From positions 32,001-96,000 of the forward strand of contig CAWAQU010000009.1 of assembly GCA_963784355.1 (NCBI GenBank): a stretch of DNA of 64,000 nucleotides, written 5' to 3'. Position 1 is the first letter of the stretch, and each line of letters opens with the position of its first letter. This document shows, piece by piece, positions 9,985 to 19,814 of this stretch. Origin of the DNA: an uncultured bacterium. Lineage in GTDB: Bacteria > Patescibacteriota > JACMRA01. The notes beneath the pieces are model-generated. The model worked only from the letters and a program-made list of their open reading frames with translations, was not told the DNA's origin and did not search any database. The position numbers and the translations under genes are program-made.

Positions 9985-10153
9985 ATATAAACTCATTTTT
10001 GAAATATTTATTTAAAACTGGCAAGTACAGAATCACTAAGACCAATTTTTTTGTTTGCAATATAGTTGTATGAAAATAAAGTCTTGACAAATATTAGATT
10101 CTACAATATTAATCAGTATTAACGGTTTACAATATTTATTAGTTAATGTTTGC

Positions 10154-10465
10154 ATGTCTACGACTAAAATGAGAGTCAAAATATACTCCTTTGATCATAA
10201 AATTTTAGAGGAAGCAGTAAAAAAGCTGGTCCAAGTGGTCATAAAGTCCGGTGGTAAGGTCAAAGGTCCAGTACCTTTAAAGACCAAAAAGAAAATTTTT
10301 ACTTTGCTCAGATCAACCTTTATTTACAAGAAATCTAGGGATAAGATAGAGTGCCGCATCCACAAAAGATTGATTGATATTGATGACGTAAACAGTGACA
10401 TTATAAATAATTTATCAACTTTATCTCTCCCCGCAGGTGTAGATTTAAGTATTGAAACAGTCTAA
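10154..10465 (+). CDS. rpsJ: 30S ribosomal protein uS10
   Basis: GPVPL, HKRLIDI, LPAGVD. Confidence 0.96.
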   Translation: MSTTKMRVKIYSFDHKILEEAVKKLVQVVIKSGGKVKGPVPLKTKKKIFTLLRSTFIYKKSRDKIECRIHKRLIDIDDVNSDIINNLSTLSLPAGVDLSIETV

Positions 10466-10481
10466 ACAATTTAATTCAGAT

Positions 10482-11096
10482 ATGTCCCTTGGTTTTGCAA
10501 AAAAGATTGGAATGACAAGACTCTTTATAGATGGTAGAAATACCCCTGTAACAGTACTTGAATTTAAAAATAATTATTTACTTCAGAAAAAAACTACCCA
10601 AAAAGAAGGCTACAATGCTATTCAAGTGGGTTCTGTTAAAAAAGTAAGCTCTAGTAGAGCCGCAAAAGGCCATGTTAAAAAATATACTGGTTTAGATCAT
10701 AACTTTAGATTCATTGAGGAATTCGATATTGATAATTTGCCTGAAGATAAAAAGATTTTTGATATCAATGATTTTGCTGCAGATGACTTGCTTGATATAT
10801 CAGGTACTGTAATAGGTAGAGGTTTTGCAGGTGTAGTCAAAAGACATGGCTTTGCAGGACAACCAGCTAGTCACGGTCACGATCATGAAAGAGCTCCTGG
10901 TTCAATCGGTTCTAGATGGCCACAAAGAGTTTTACCCGGAAAGAAAATGGCCGGTAGAATGGGTGGTAATATAACTAAAATCAGAAAAGTGAAGATAGTT
11001 GCTGTGGATTCTGAAAACAATTTACTTTTTGTCCATGGTTCAGTCCAGGGAAGTAATAGCTCATATCTCAAAATTCAAAAAGTTTCTCAAGATTAA
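10482..11096 (+). CDS. rplC: 50S ribosomal protein uL3
   Basis: KKIGMT, GRGFAGVVKRHGF, PGKKMAGRMG; start at ATG 10482. Confidence 0.97.
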   Translation: MSLGFAKKIGMTRLFIDGRNTPVTVLEFKNNYLLQKKTTQKEGYNAIQVGSVKKVSSSRAAKGHVKKYTGLDHNFRFIEEFDIDNLPEDKKIFDINDFAADDLLDISGTVIGRGFAGVVKRHGFAGQPASHGHDHERAPGSIGSRWPQRVLPGKKMAGRMGGNITKIRKVKIVAVDSENNLLFVHGSVQGSNSSYLKIQKVSQD

Positions 11097-11120
11097 TAAT
11101 AAAATATAATATAATTAAAG

Positions 11121-11756
11121 ATGTCTCTCAAAATTCAAATTATAGACGATCAGATGGATAAGACCATTGAGGCTTTTGCTTCACTTAATGACTACGAGGT
11201 AAAAGCAATATTGCTTGCCCAGATGGTTAGAAGTGAGATGATGAATCTGAGATCCGGTAATGCTCATACTAAAACTAGAGCAGAAGTAAGAGGTGGAGGT
11301 AAGAAACCTTGGAAACAAAAAGGTACAGGTAGAGCAAGACACGGATCCATCAGATCTCCTTTATGGGTTGGTGGTGGTGTCACTTTCGGTCCTAGAAATA
11401 TCAGAAACTGGCATTTAAAGATCAATAAAAGCGCTAGAGTATCAGCTTTAAAATCAGCACTAAAAGATAGATTAGTAGACAATGCTGTATATCAATTTGG
11501 TGAAGGGTTTGAATTTTTAAAGACTAAGTCTGCAGTAGAAGTTTTAACTAATTTGGAAAACAAGACTCAGTCCAAGTCAAAAAATATGCTTATATTCTAC
11601 ACTGCAGATGATAAAAGCAAATTATCAGGCTTTTTGAGTACTGAGGCTAAACTTATGAATGCTGAGAATATTAAAATTTTTAAAATATTAAATGCGACCA
11701 ACCTTATCCTCACACCTAAAGCTAAAGAAATATTAGAAACCCGAATAAGTAAATAG
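11121..11756 (+). CDS. rplD: 50S ribosomal protein uL4
   Basis: TKTRAEVRGGGKKPWKQKGTGRARHGS. Confidence 0.97.
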   Translation: MSLKIQIIDDQMDKTIEAFASLNDYEVKAILLAQMVRSEMMNLRSGNAHTKTRAEVRGGGKKPWKQKGTGRARHGSIRSPLWVGGGVTFGPRNIRNWHLKINKSARVSALKSALKDRLVDNAVYQFGEGFEFLKTKSAVEVLTNLENKTQSKSKNMLIFYTADDKSKLSGFLSTEAKLMNAENIKIFKILNATNLILTPKAKEILETRISK

Positions 11757-11760
11757 TAAA

Positions 11761-12075
11761 ATGACTACCTGCGTTTTAATCCAAACCGAAAAAGCATACG
11801 TTACACAAGTAAAAAATACTTATACTTTAGCTTTTCTAGAAAAACAGTACAATACCAATAAAATTGAACTTGAAAAACTTTTAAAGCAAGTTGGTTTAAC
11901 TACAGTAAAAATAACTACCACTAATACTCAGCAAAAAACTAAGAAAAGAGGTAAGACAGGTAGAACAATACTGCAATTTAGACCACAGAAATATTATGTT
12001 CGCCTAAAAGCCGGAGAGACTATTACTGAAGATACTATGAAATCAATCAACGAGAAATTAAATTCAAAAGAATAA
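11761..12075 (+). CDS. rplW: 50S ribosomal protein uL23 (divergent)
   Basis: TEKA, NKIEL, KYYVRLKAGETI; located after rplD. Confidence 0.85.
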   Translation: MTTCVLIQTEKAYVTQVKNTYTLAFLEKQYNTNKIELEKLLKQVGLTTVKITTTNTQQKTKKRGKTGRTILQFRPQKYYVRLKAGETITEDTMKSINEKLNSKE

Positions 12076-12089
12076 TAACCTAATCTAAA

Positions 12090-12362
12090 ATGTCCAGATC
12101 ACTTAAAAAAGCACCCTATTGTCTACCCAAACTAGTACTTAAAGTAGCTAAGTACAGAAGTAGTGGATCTTCTACTGCGATCAAAACCTGGAGTAGACCA
12201 AGTACAATTTTACCTGACTTTGTAGGAGTTAAGTTTGCCGTACACAATGGTAGAAAGTTTGTAGAAGTATTGATAACCGAAGATATGGTTGGACACAAAT
12301 TAGGTGAGTTTGCACCTACTACTACTTTTAAATCTCATGGTGGTAAGAAAGCAGGTAAATAA
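12090..12362 (+). CDS. rpsS: 30S ribosomal protein uS19
   Basis: [29 protein letters not shown]. Confidence 0.98.
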   Translation: MSRSLKKAPYCLPKLVLKVAKYRSSGSSTAIKTWSRPSTILPDFVGVKFAVHNGRKFVEVLITEDMVGHKLGEFAPTTTFKSHGGKKAGK

Positions 12363-12374
12363 TAATTGCAGAAT

Positions 12375-13208
12375 ATGTCTAGAATAAAAGTATATAAACC
12401 TACTACCAACGCAAGAAGAAAAACTTCAGTAGTTGCATATAGTGAGGTGTTGACCACAAGTGATCCATATAAAAAATTACTGATCCGCAAACCTAGAAAA
12501 GCAGGTAGAAACAGCTCTGGAAAGATTACCGTTAGACACCAAGGTGGAGGCTACAAAAAAATGGTTAGAATTGTTGACTTTAAAAGAGATTTTCAAGCTG
12601 GTTTTAAAGTTTTAACTGTCGAATACGATCCAGGAAGAAGTAGTTTTATTTGTTTAGTTTCTGATTTAATAACAGGAGAAAAAAAATATATCTTACACAG
12701 TAAGGGCATGTCAGTTGGAATGAGACTTAATGTTAGCAAAGAAATTACTGATGGTAACCAGGTTACTTTAAACACTCTACCAATCGGTACCTTTGTATCT
12801 CAGATCGAACTAAATCCGAACCAAGGAGCTAAGCTAGTAAGATCAGCCGGAAATTACGCCATAGTAACAGCTAAAGAAGATAAGTGGGTGACACTTAAAT
12901 TACCTTCAGGCGAAATAAGAAAATTTTTGGGAGAGTGTAAAGCTGTAGTAAATAGAGTAGGAAACGAAGCTAATGAATTAGTACGATTGGGTAAAGCAGG
13001 TAGGGTTAGAAGAATGGGTGTAAGACCTACAGTTCGTGGTAAAGTTATGAATCCTGTTGATCACCCTCATGGTGGTGGAGAAGCTAGAAATTCAATTGGT
13101 CTTAAATATCCTAAGACTCCTTGGGGTAAACATGCTTTAGGTGTTAGAACTAGGGATAAGAAATTGTCCAGTAGCAAGTTTATAGTAAAGAGAAGAAATA
13201 AAAAATAA
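12375..13208 (+). CDS. rplB: 50S ribosomal protein uL2
   Basis: GRNSSGKITVRHQGGG, EYDPGRS, VRGKVMNPVDHPHGGGE. Confidence 0.98.
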   Translation: MSRIKVYKPTTNARRKTSVVAYSEVLTTSDPYKKLLIRKPRKAGRNSSGKITVRHQGGGYKKMVRIVDFKRDFQAGFKVLTVEYDPGRSSFICLVSDLITGEKKYILHSKGMSVGMRLNVSKEITDGNQVTLNTLPIGTFVSQIELNPNQGAKLVRSAGNYAIVTAKEDKWVTLKLPSGEIRKFLGECKAVVNRVGNEANELVRLGKAGRVRRMGVRPTVRGKVMNPVDHPHGGGEARNSIGLKYPKTPWGKHALGVRTRDKKLSSSKFIVKRRNKK

Positions 13209-13245
13209 TAATTAATTATATTAATCCATAGATAACATTACGAAC

Positions 13246-13578
13246 ATGTCTACAAAATTTACTGCTTCTACAATACTAAATTATAGTCCAAGAAAGACCA
13301 GATTAGTCATAAATGCTATTCGAGGTAATACTTTAGGTGCTGCCCTAGATGATTTAAAAACAATGAACAAGGGCAAAACTAAAAAGATCTATAATTTATT
13401 AAAGTCTGCGGCTTCTAACTTAAAATTGACTGAAGCGGAATATCCTCAGTACAAAGTAAGCTCTATCATAGCTGAAGAGGCTCAGAAACTCTACAGAATG
13501 GTACCAAGAGCTAGGGGATCAGCTTTTAGAATCAGACGTAGATATAGTAGAATTAAAGTGTTATTAGAACATCTATAA
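13246..13578 (+). CDS. rplV: 50S ribosomal protein uL22
   Basis: SPRKTRLV, LLKSAASN, PRARGSAFRIRRRYS. Confidence 0.95.
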   Translation: MSTKFTASTILNYSPRKTRLVINAIRGNTLGAALDDLKTMNKGKTKKIYNLLKSAASNLKLTEAEYPQYKVSSIIAEEAQKLYRMVPRARGSAFRIRRRYSRIKVLLEHL

Positions 13579-13614
13579 ATTGACAAAATTACTTTTCTTA
13601 ATTTAATTATAATT

Positions 13615-14295
13615 ATGGGCCAGAAAATTTCAATCGCGTTATTTCGTGCTAAAAAAAGATTGAGCAATACAGATGCAAGTGGAGATCCTAGTCAGATGCA
13701 AAAATCTCTATGGTTTGCCACAGGCAGAAGTTATTCAAAACTTTTATTTCAGGATAAAGAAATCAGAGAATTCCTCAAAAAAGAGCTGCAGTCCGCTGGT
13801 TTGGTAGAAATTATAATCAAGCGCTATTTTAGAAAAGTTGAAATTATTTTATACGTTACTAAACCTGGTATAGTAATTGGCCGCTCTGGAAGTAGCATTA
13901 ACAAATTAAAAGAAGACTTGGTTGCTAAGTTTAAACTACCTTCTGATCTAAGATTAGATATTCAAGAGTTTAAAGATCCAAACAGATCAGCCCAGGTTAT
14001 TGCTAATGAAATCTCAGAAGCTCTAAAACGAAGTGTACCTTATCGTAGATTAGCTAAAGGATATCTTGAAAAAATCAGATACTCTGGTATAATGGGTGCA
14101 AAGATTAGCTTAAGCGGCAGACTTAATGGTGCTGAAATTGCCAGAAGAGAAGAGTTTCCATTCGGAAGCATCCCTAGACACACAATTGACGCAAATTTAG
14201 ACTACGCTCAAATTCACTGCAAAACTAAAGCCGGCATTATAGGTATAAAAGTGATACTGTACAAAGGTGATAAATTTAAAAACTATACTTATTAA
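13615..14295 (+). CDS. rpsC: 30S ribosomal protein uS3
   Basis: MGQK, KPGIVIGRSG, SGRLNGAEIAR. Confidence 0.97.
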   Translation: MGQKISIALFRAKKRLSNTDASGDPSQMQKSLWFATGRSYSKLLFQDKEIREFLKKELQSAGLVEIIIKRYFRKVEIILYVTKPGIVIGRSGSSINKLKEDLVAKFKLPSDLRLDIQEFKDPNRSAQVIANEISEALKRSVPYRRLAKGYLEKIRYSGIMGAKISLSGRLNGAEIARREEFPFGSIPRHTIDANLDYAQIHCKTKAGIIGIKVILYKGDKFKNYTY

Positions 14296-14306
14296 TAATT
14301 AGAGAA

Positions 14307-14522
14307 ATGACTGGTATAATAAGCTCAAACAAGATGATGAAAGCACTAGTAGTTACAGTGTTTACAACTAAATTGCATCCAAAATACAATAAAAGGTATA
14401 AAAGTAAAAAAAGATATACTGTAGCTTGTAGCGATTCTTCAAAATTTAAAATTGGGGATACTGTAGAAATTCAATCTACAAGACCTATTTCAAAAACCAT
14501 AAGCTTTAAAGTAGTAGAGTAA
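14307..14522 (+). CDS. rpsQ: 30S ribosomal protein uS17
   Basis: HPKYNKR, GDTVEI, TRPISKT. Confidence 0.93.
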   Translation: MTGIISSNKMMKALVVTVFTTKLHPKYNKRYKSKKRYTVACSDSSKFKIGDTVEIQSTRPISKTISFKVVE

Positions 14523-14523
14523 T

Positions 14524-14949
14524 ATGCTTAGTCCAAAGAAAATAGTTCATAAAAAAGTTTTTAATCGATATGGCCAAAAGAGAAGAGGTCAGTTAACTCG
14601 TGGATCTACTTTGGTATTTGGAGAATACGCTTTAAAAGCTACTTCAAGCTCTTGGTTAACCAGCAGACAAATTGAATCTGCAAGAAGAGTAATCAGTAGA
14701 AGATGTAAAGGTGCTAAGATATATATTCGTGTTTTTCCATCAAGACCTGTAACTTCAAAAGGTTTAAACATTCCTATGGGTACTGGTGTAGGAAGCATTG
14801 ACTATTTCATGTTTCCAGTTAAACCAGGCAGAATTATTTTCGAGGTTAGAGGTGTTGCTGAAGAAAAAGTTAAAGAAGCTTTCAGAATCGCAGGGCACAA
14901 ACTTCCATTTGGAACTAAAATGGTTCAAAAAGATAAACATCAATTTTAA
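14524..14949 (+). CDS. rplP: 50S ribosomal protein uL16
   Basis: QIESARR, IRVFP, MGTGVG, VKPGRIIFE. Confidence 0.96.
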   Translation: MLSPKKIVHKKVFNRYGQKRRGQLTRGSTLVFGEYALKATSSSWLTSRQIESARRVISRRCKGAKIYIRVFPSRPVTSKGLNIPMGTGVGSIDYFMFPVKPGRIIFEVRGVAEEKVKEAFRIAGHKLPFGTKMVQKDKHQF

Positions 14950-14967
14950 TTTATTTATTAGACTAAT

Positions 14968-15339
14968 ATGCTTCAAGAACGTACAATTGTTGATGTAGCC
15001 GATAACTCAGGGGCTTCTAAAATCATGCTTTTCGCTGTAAACGGTAAAAATAACCGAGCTTCGGCAGGTATTGGTGAAGTTGTTGTAGGATCAGTTAAAA
15101 AAGCTTCCGTAGGTAGTAAAATTAAAAAAGGATCGGTAGTTCATGTTTTAATTGTTAGAACTAGAAATAAAGTTCAACGTAGAGACGGAAGCAGTATTAA
15201 ATTTTCTGATAATGCAGTTGTGGTTGTAAATAAAAACACTAAAGAACCTGTAGCTACTAGAGTTTTTGGTCCTGTAGCTAGAGAATTAAGAGAAATGGGC
15301 CACTCTAAAGTAATTTCAATGGCAGAAGAAGTATTATAA
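14968..15339 (+). CDS. rplN: 50S ribosomal protein uL14
   Basis: VADNSGA, FSDNAVV, TRVFGPVARELR. Confidence 0.98.
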   Translation: MLQERTIVDVADNSGASKIMLFAVNGKNNRASAGIGEVVVGSVKKASVGSKIKKGSVVHVLIVRTRNKVQRRDGSSIKFSDNAVVVVNKNTKEPVATRVFGPVARELREMGHSKVISMAEEVL

Positions 15340-15355
15340 ATTTTCGATTAAAATC

Positions 15356-15754
15356 ATGTCTATAGCAAAAATTCAAACAGGAGATCAAGTGAAAGTTATT
15401 GCAGGTAACTATAAAGGTAATGTGGGTCAAGTACTCAAGGTTGTTAAAAGGAAATCTGCCAACGGAAAAGTTATAAAGATCAGAGCTGCTGTAAGTAATG
15501 TACCAAAGATTGCTAAATATCGCAGATCAACAGTAGTTCAGGGTCAATCTTATCCTGGTATGAAAACTGAAACAGACAGATTTATTGATCTTTCAAACCT
15601 TAGTTTAGTTACATCTGATCAAAAATACTCAAAGGTAAAAATTGCTTTAGATGAGAAAGGTAAAAAAATTAGAGTTTTAAAGAAAACAAACGAAACTGTA
15701 GTTAAGCAAATCCTACCTAAAATCAAACCCGCAACTGACGATTTAAATCAATAA
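15356..15754 (+). CDS. rplX: 50S ribosomal protein uL24
   Basis: KOW motif GDQVKVIAGNYKG; located after rplN. Confidence 0.9.
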   Translation: MSIAKIQTGDQVKVIAGNYKGNVGQVLKVVKRKSANGKVIKIRAAVSNVPKIAKYRRSTVVQGQSYPGMKTETDRFIDLSNLSLVTSDQKYSKVKIALDEKGKKIRVLKKTNETVVKQILPKIKPATDDLNQ

Positions 15755-15790
15755 TTTGACTAAAATTAAAAAATATTAAGAATTAAAAGA

Positions 15791-16342
15791 ATGGCTTCAC
15801 TCGAATTATCTACAGAAAATTACTTTTTAGAGTCTAAACAGGCTTTAGTAAATGCTTTTCCTGATACCAATCCGTTTGCTTTATCTGAACTAAAACAGAT
15901 ATCTATCAACGTAGGTGTGGGAAATGTTAAAAAGTTTGATGCAAAGCAAAAGCAAGAAATTGCTGACTATTTAACTAAACTAACTGGTCAAACTCCAAAA
16001 CAAATTGGCGCCAAAAAAGCAGTTTCAAATTTTAAGACTAGAAAAGGTGATTTAGTAGGTTTAGCTGTTACTTTAAGAGGTAAAAAGGCTAAAGATTTTT
16101 TGTTACACTTAGTTTATATTGCATTACCTAGAACTAGAGATTTTAAGGGAGTAAAAACTGAAGCTTTCGATAAAAACTATGCTTTTTACAGTCTTGGAAT
16201 TGAAAACTCTTCAATATTTCCAATTGTAGGCTTCGATGCATCAGTAAACTTTGGAATGCAAATTAACATTGTATTCAAACAACCAAAAAAAGAAAATGTA
16301 ACACTTTTAGAAAATTTAAAATTCCCGTTTAAAAAAGATTAA
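15791..16342 (+). CDS. rplE: 50S ribosomal protein uL5
   Basis: INVGVG, LTGQTP, VTLRG, ALPRTRDFKG. Confidence 0.96.
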   Translation: MASLELSTENYFLESKQALVNAFPDTNPFALSELKQISINVGVGNVKKFDAKQKQEIADYLTKLTGQTPKQIGAKKAVSNFKTRKGDLVGLAVTLRGKKAKDFLLHLVYIALPRTRDFKGVKTEAFDKNYAFYSLGIENSSIFPIVGFDASVNFGMQINIVFKQPKKENVTLLENLKFPFKKD

Positions 16343-16348
16343 TTTATT

Positions 16349-16534
16349 ATGGCACGTAAAGCGTTGATTGTTAAAAGCAATAGAGTACCAAAATTTTCAA
16401 GTAGGAGAATTCACAGATGTAAAGTTTGTGGTCGTGCTCGTGGCTACTATAGATTTTTTGATATGTGTAGAATCTGTATCAGAGAAGCTGCCATTAGAGG
16501 TGAGTTAAACGGTTTTTTCAAAAGTAGTAAATAA
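16349..16534 (+). CDS. rpsN: 30S ribosomal protein uS14, zinc-binding type
   Basis: 61 aa; RCKVCGR...MCRICIRE. Confidence 0.96.
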   Translation: MARKALIVKSNRVPKFSSRRIHRCKVCGRARGYYRFFDMCRICIREAAIRGELNGFFKSSK

Positions 16535-16543
16535 AATAATAAT

Positions 16544-16918
16544 ATGTCATTACAAGATTTACTCAGTGATTATGTAGCAAGATTAAACAATGCTGTGCTA
16601 GCTAAAAAACCCGTTATTCAAGTGTTAAAGAATAGAGTTGTGGTTAATGTGTCAAAAAAACTAACTAGTCTAGGTTATATTGAAAGTTTTGAAGATACCG
16701 GTAATAATATTTTATTGCTTACTTTAAACTTAAATAGAATGAATAGAATATTTAGAATCTCCAAGCCAGGGCACAGAGTTTATATAGCTCATAATAAAAT
16801 CCCTAAAATCATAGGTGGAAAAGGTTTTAACATCATTTCTTCTTCAAAAGGAATAATCACTCACGTCGAGTCAAACAAAGAAAAATTAGGTGGAGAATTA
16901 CTATTCCAAATATACTAA
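16544..16918 (+). CDS. rpsH: 30S ribosomal protein uS8
   Basis: RISKPGHRVY, IISSSKGI, GGELL. Confidence 0.95.
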   Translation: MSLQDLLSDYVARLNNAVLAKKPVIQVLKNRVVVNVSKKLTSLGYIESFEDTGNNILLLTLNLNRMNRIFRISKPGHRVYIAHNKIPKIIGGKGFNIISSSKGIITHVESNKEKLGGELLFQIY

Positions 16919-16970
16919 ATTTTAAGTTTCTTGACAATTTACAAAGAATAGCAATATTATTAATGATATT

Positions 16971-17510
16971 ATGTCTCGTATAGGGAAAAAAACAATCACC
17001 CTGCCCAGTGGAGTTAGCTTTAATTTTGATGAGCCAAATAAAGTAGTTACTGTAAAAGGTGCTTTAGGTGAACTCAAAGCAAAGGTTACATCTTTTGTTG
17101 GTTTTAAAATTGAAAATAACGAATTATCAGTACAAATCTTAAATCAAGAGAATGATTTCCAGAAAGCAATTTGGGGCACAACCAGAAGTATTGTAAATAA
17201 CATGGTTGAGGGGGTAAACAAAGGTTATACTAAAGAAATTGAGCTAAACGGAGTAGGATATCGTATGGAGCTAGGTTCAGATCTAACTTTACACATAGGT
17301 TATTCTCACCCTGTAAAAGTAGTTATCCCTTCAGGAATCAAGCTAACTTTAAATAAAAACTTATTGACTGGGACCAGTATTGATAAGGAACTTTTAGGTA
17401 ATTTTTTCAGCCAAATTTTTCATTTAAAACCTTGTGACGTTTATAAACACAAAGGATTCAAATTCCCAGGTCAATTCTACAGAAAGAAAGTTGGTAAAAA
17501 AGGTAAATAA
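16971..17510 (+). CDS. rplF: 50S ribosomal protein uL6
   Basis: MSRIGKK, GTTRS, GVGYR, GYSHP. Confidence 0.97.
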   Translation: MSRIGKKTITLPSGVSFNFDEPNKVVTVKGALGELKAKVTSFVGFKIENNELSVQILNQENDFQKAIWGTTRSIVNNMVEGVNKGYTKEIELNGVGYRMELGSDLTLHIGYSHPVKVVIPSGIKLTLNKNLLTGTSIDKELLGNFFSQIFHLKPCDVYKHKGFKFPGQFYRKKVGKKGK

Positions 17511-17528
17511 AATTTAATATAATTTCAA

Positions 17529-17855
17529 ATGGCTAAAATCGCTACATATAAGAAAGCACGTTCCAAAAATAAGATAAGCTATAATGAGCATGTACTTGTG
17601 GTATCTAGATCAAATAGAAACATTTTAGTACAAGTTTTAGAGCCTGTTACCAAAAAAACTTTAGCTACCTTTACTTCATATAAAACTGAAGGCATGGCTA
17701 AAACAGATAAATCTAAAAAAGTAGGTGGAGAAGTAGCTGAATTTTTAAGTAAGAACAATATCAACAGATTAGTTTTTGATAGAAATGGTTATATTTATCA
17801 TGGTCGTATCAAAGCTATACTTGAAGAAATTCGTACCAAGGGAATAACAATTTAA
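17529..17855 (+). CDS. rplR: 50S ribosomal protein uL18
   Basis: VFDRNGYIYHGRIKA. Confidence 0.95.
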   Translation: MAKIATYKKARSKNKISYNEHVLVVSRSNRNILVQVLEPVTKKTLATFTSYKTEGMAKTDKSKKVGGEVAEFLSKNNINRLVFDRNGYIYHGRIKAILEEIRTKGITI

Positions 17856-17867
17856 TTTTTAGGTCTA

Positions 17868-18548
17868 ATGTCAGAAAATACTCAAAACACTACAACCAAT
17901 AATCAATCTCAATCTGCACCAAGAAGAGATTTCAGTCGCCATGGTCAACAAAATAGACCAGCTGGTCCAACAGGTGCTGGAGCTCCCGGTCAACAAAACC
18001 GAAGCTTTGGAAGAAGGCCTTTTGGTAGTGGAGGTGGAAATTTTAAACCTGGAGAGAAAAAATTCGGTGGTCCAAATAAAAGATTTTCTAGAGATAATAG
18101 AAAACCTAGAAGTGAAGAAAATAGCAATATTGAAAGTCGAGTTATCTTAGTTAGAAGAGTTACCAGAGTTGTAAAAGGTGGTAAGCGTATGAGATTTTCC
18201 GCCTTGGTTATTGCTGGTGATAAAGCTGGAAAAGTAGGATATGGTTTAAAGAAAGGTTTAGATTTTCAAGATGCAGTAGCTAAAGCAACACGCCAAGCTC
18301 AAGAAAATTTGATTACTGTTAAAATCAATCCTGAAGGTAGTTTAGATTTTCCTTCTAAGCAGAAATTTAAAGCTTGCGAATTGATGTTGAAGCCTGCTAA
18401 AACAGGTACAGGTTTAATTGCAGGAGGATTTTTACGTCCAGTACTAGAGTTGGCAGGAATACAAAATATTTATTCTAAAATCATAGCTAGCAGAAATAAA
18501 GTTGCCGGAGTACAAACAGCTTTTGAAGCACTTAAAAAATACACTTAA
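17868..18548 (+). CDS. rpsE: 30S ribosomal protein uS5 with disordered N-terminal extension
   Basis: RRVTRVVKGGKRMRFSALV, GTGLIAGG, VLELAG. Confidence 0.97.
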   Translation: MSENTQNTTTNNQSQSAPRRDFSRHGQQNRPAGPTGAGAPGQQNRSFGRRPFGSGGGNFKPGEKKFGGPNKRFSRDNRKPRSEENSNIESRVILVRRVTRVVKGGKRMRFSALVIAGDKAGKVGYGLKKGLDFQDAVAKATRQAQENLITVKINPEGSLDFPSKQKFKACELMLKPAKTGTGLIAGGFLRPVLELAGIQNIYSKIIASRNKVAGVQTAFEALKKYT

Positions 18549-18558
18549 ACTCACTAAC

Positions 18559-19149
18559 ATGACTAATATTGAATTAATAAAAGCTATACGCTATAAAACT
18601 GGTCTACCTTTCAAAGATATTAATAAAGCAATTGATGCTTTAGGTGCAGTTGATGAAGAAAAAATTATCACCTATTTAAGAGAGCAGGGGATTTTAAAAT
18701 CTCAAGCAAGGCAAGATAAGGAAACAAACAATGGTGGTATCTTTTCTTATACACATGATAATAGGCTCGGAGTAATGGTGGAGATTAAATGTGAGACTGA
18801 TTTTGTATCTAGATCTGATGTATTTAAAGAATTTGGTAACGACATTTGCTTACATATTGCAGCTTATCAGCCAAAGTTTATATCTGAAAGTGAAGTAAAT
18901 GAAGAATTTATCGCAGGGGAACTAGAAATTGCTAAGTCTCAATTGGCAAATGAAGGCAAAACTGAAGAAATGATCGAAAAAATCCTTTCTGGTAAAAAAG
19001 CAAAAATTGTAAAAGATTTTAGTTTACTGACTCAAACCTATATTAAAAATCCTGACATAACTGTAGCTGATTATCTAAATCAAATATCTCAATCCACAGG
19101 AGAAAAGATTATGATCACAAGATTTACAGTATTCAACCTTAATTCATAG
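18559..19149 (+). CDS. tsf: Elongation factor Ts (short form)
   Basis: VEIKCETDFV, LHIAAYQP, ITRF; start at ATG 18559. Confidence 0.93.
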   Translation: MTNIELIKAIRYKTGLPFKDINKAIDALGAVDEEKIITYLREQGILKSQARQDKETNNGGIFSYTHDNRLGVMVEIKCETDFVSRSDVFKEFGNDICLHIAAYQPKFISESEVNEEFIAGELEIAKSQLANEGKTEEMIEKILSGKKAKIVKDFSLLTQTYIKNPDITVADYLNQISQSTGEKIMITRFTVFNLNS

Positions 19150-19158
19150 AAAAATTAT

Positions 19159-19809
19159 ATGGCACACGTTAACTTATTAGTGAAAAATAGAACAATCATA
19201 GGTAATAAAGTAAAATCTATTAGGCGAGATAATATTATCCCTGCTGTAATATATGGTTTAAACGCAGAACCTAGAAATTTATCTATTGAAAAAGGCTTAT
19301 TCCGCAAAGTTTTCAAAGAAGCTGGTAAGACAAACGTAATCGACTTAACTCTCGATGATGATAAAACTAAGTTGGCTTGTATAATTCAAGATCTAGACAT
19401 ACATCCTGTTACTGGAGATATAAGACATGTTGACTTTTTAGCAGTTAATTTAAAGCAAAAAGTACACGCCTCAGTACCTGTAGTATATATTGGTGAATCA
19501 AAAGCAATAAAAGAATTAGGTGGTGTATTAAACACAACTGTGAGTGAATTAGAAGTTCATGCTTTACCAGATGAAATCCCTTCAGAAATTGAAATTGATA
19601 TTTCAAAAATCGAAAACTTTAATGATATAATTAAAGTTCAAGATCTCGGTATTAATGCGAAGTACGAAATTGATGCTGACCCAGAATTACTACTAGTTTC
19701 AGTTACTGCACCTTCCGGTGAAGATGATGGTAAAGGAAGTGATGATGTAGTACCAGCTGAAGTAATAGCTGAAACTCCTACCCCAGATACTAATAACGAT
19801 AATAAATAA
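19159..19809 (+). CDS. rplY: 50S ribosomal protein bL25/Ctc
   Basis: IPAVIYG, HPVTGDIRHVDF, IPSEIEIDIS. Confidence 0.95.
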   Translation: MAHVNLLVKNRTIIGNKVKSIRRDNIIPAVIYGLNAEPRNLSIEKGLFRKVFKEAGKTNVIDLTLDDDKTKLACIIQDLDIHPVTGDIRHVDFLAVNLKQKVHASVPVVYIGESKAIKELGGVLNTTVSELEVHALPDEIPSEIEIDISKIENFNDIIKVQDLGINAKYEIDADPELLLVSVTAPSGEDDGKGSDDVVPAEVIAETPTPDTNNDNK

Positions 19810-19814
19810 CTTAT

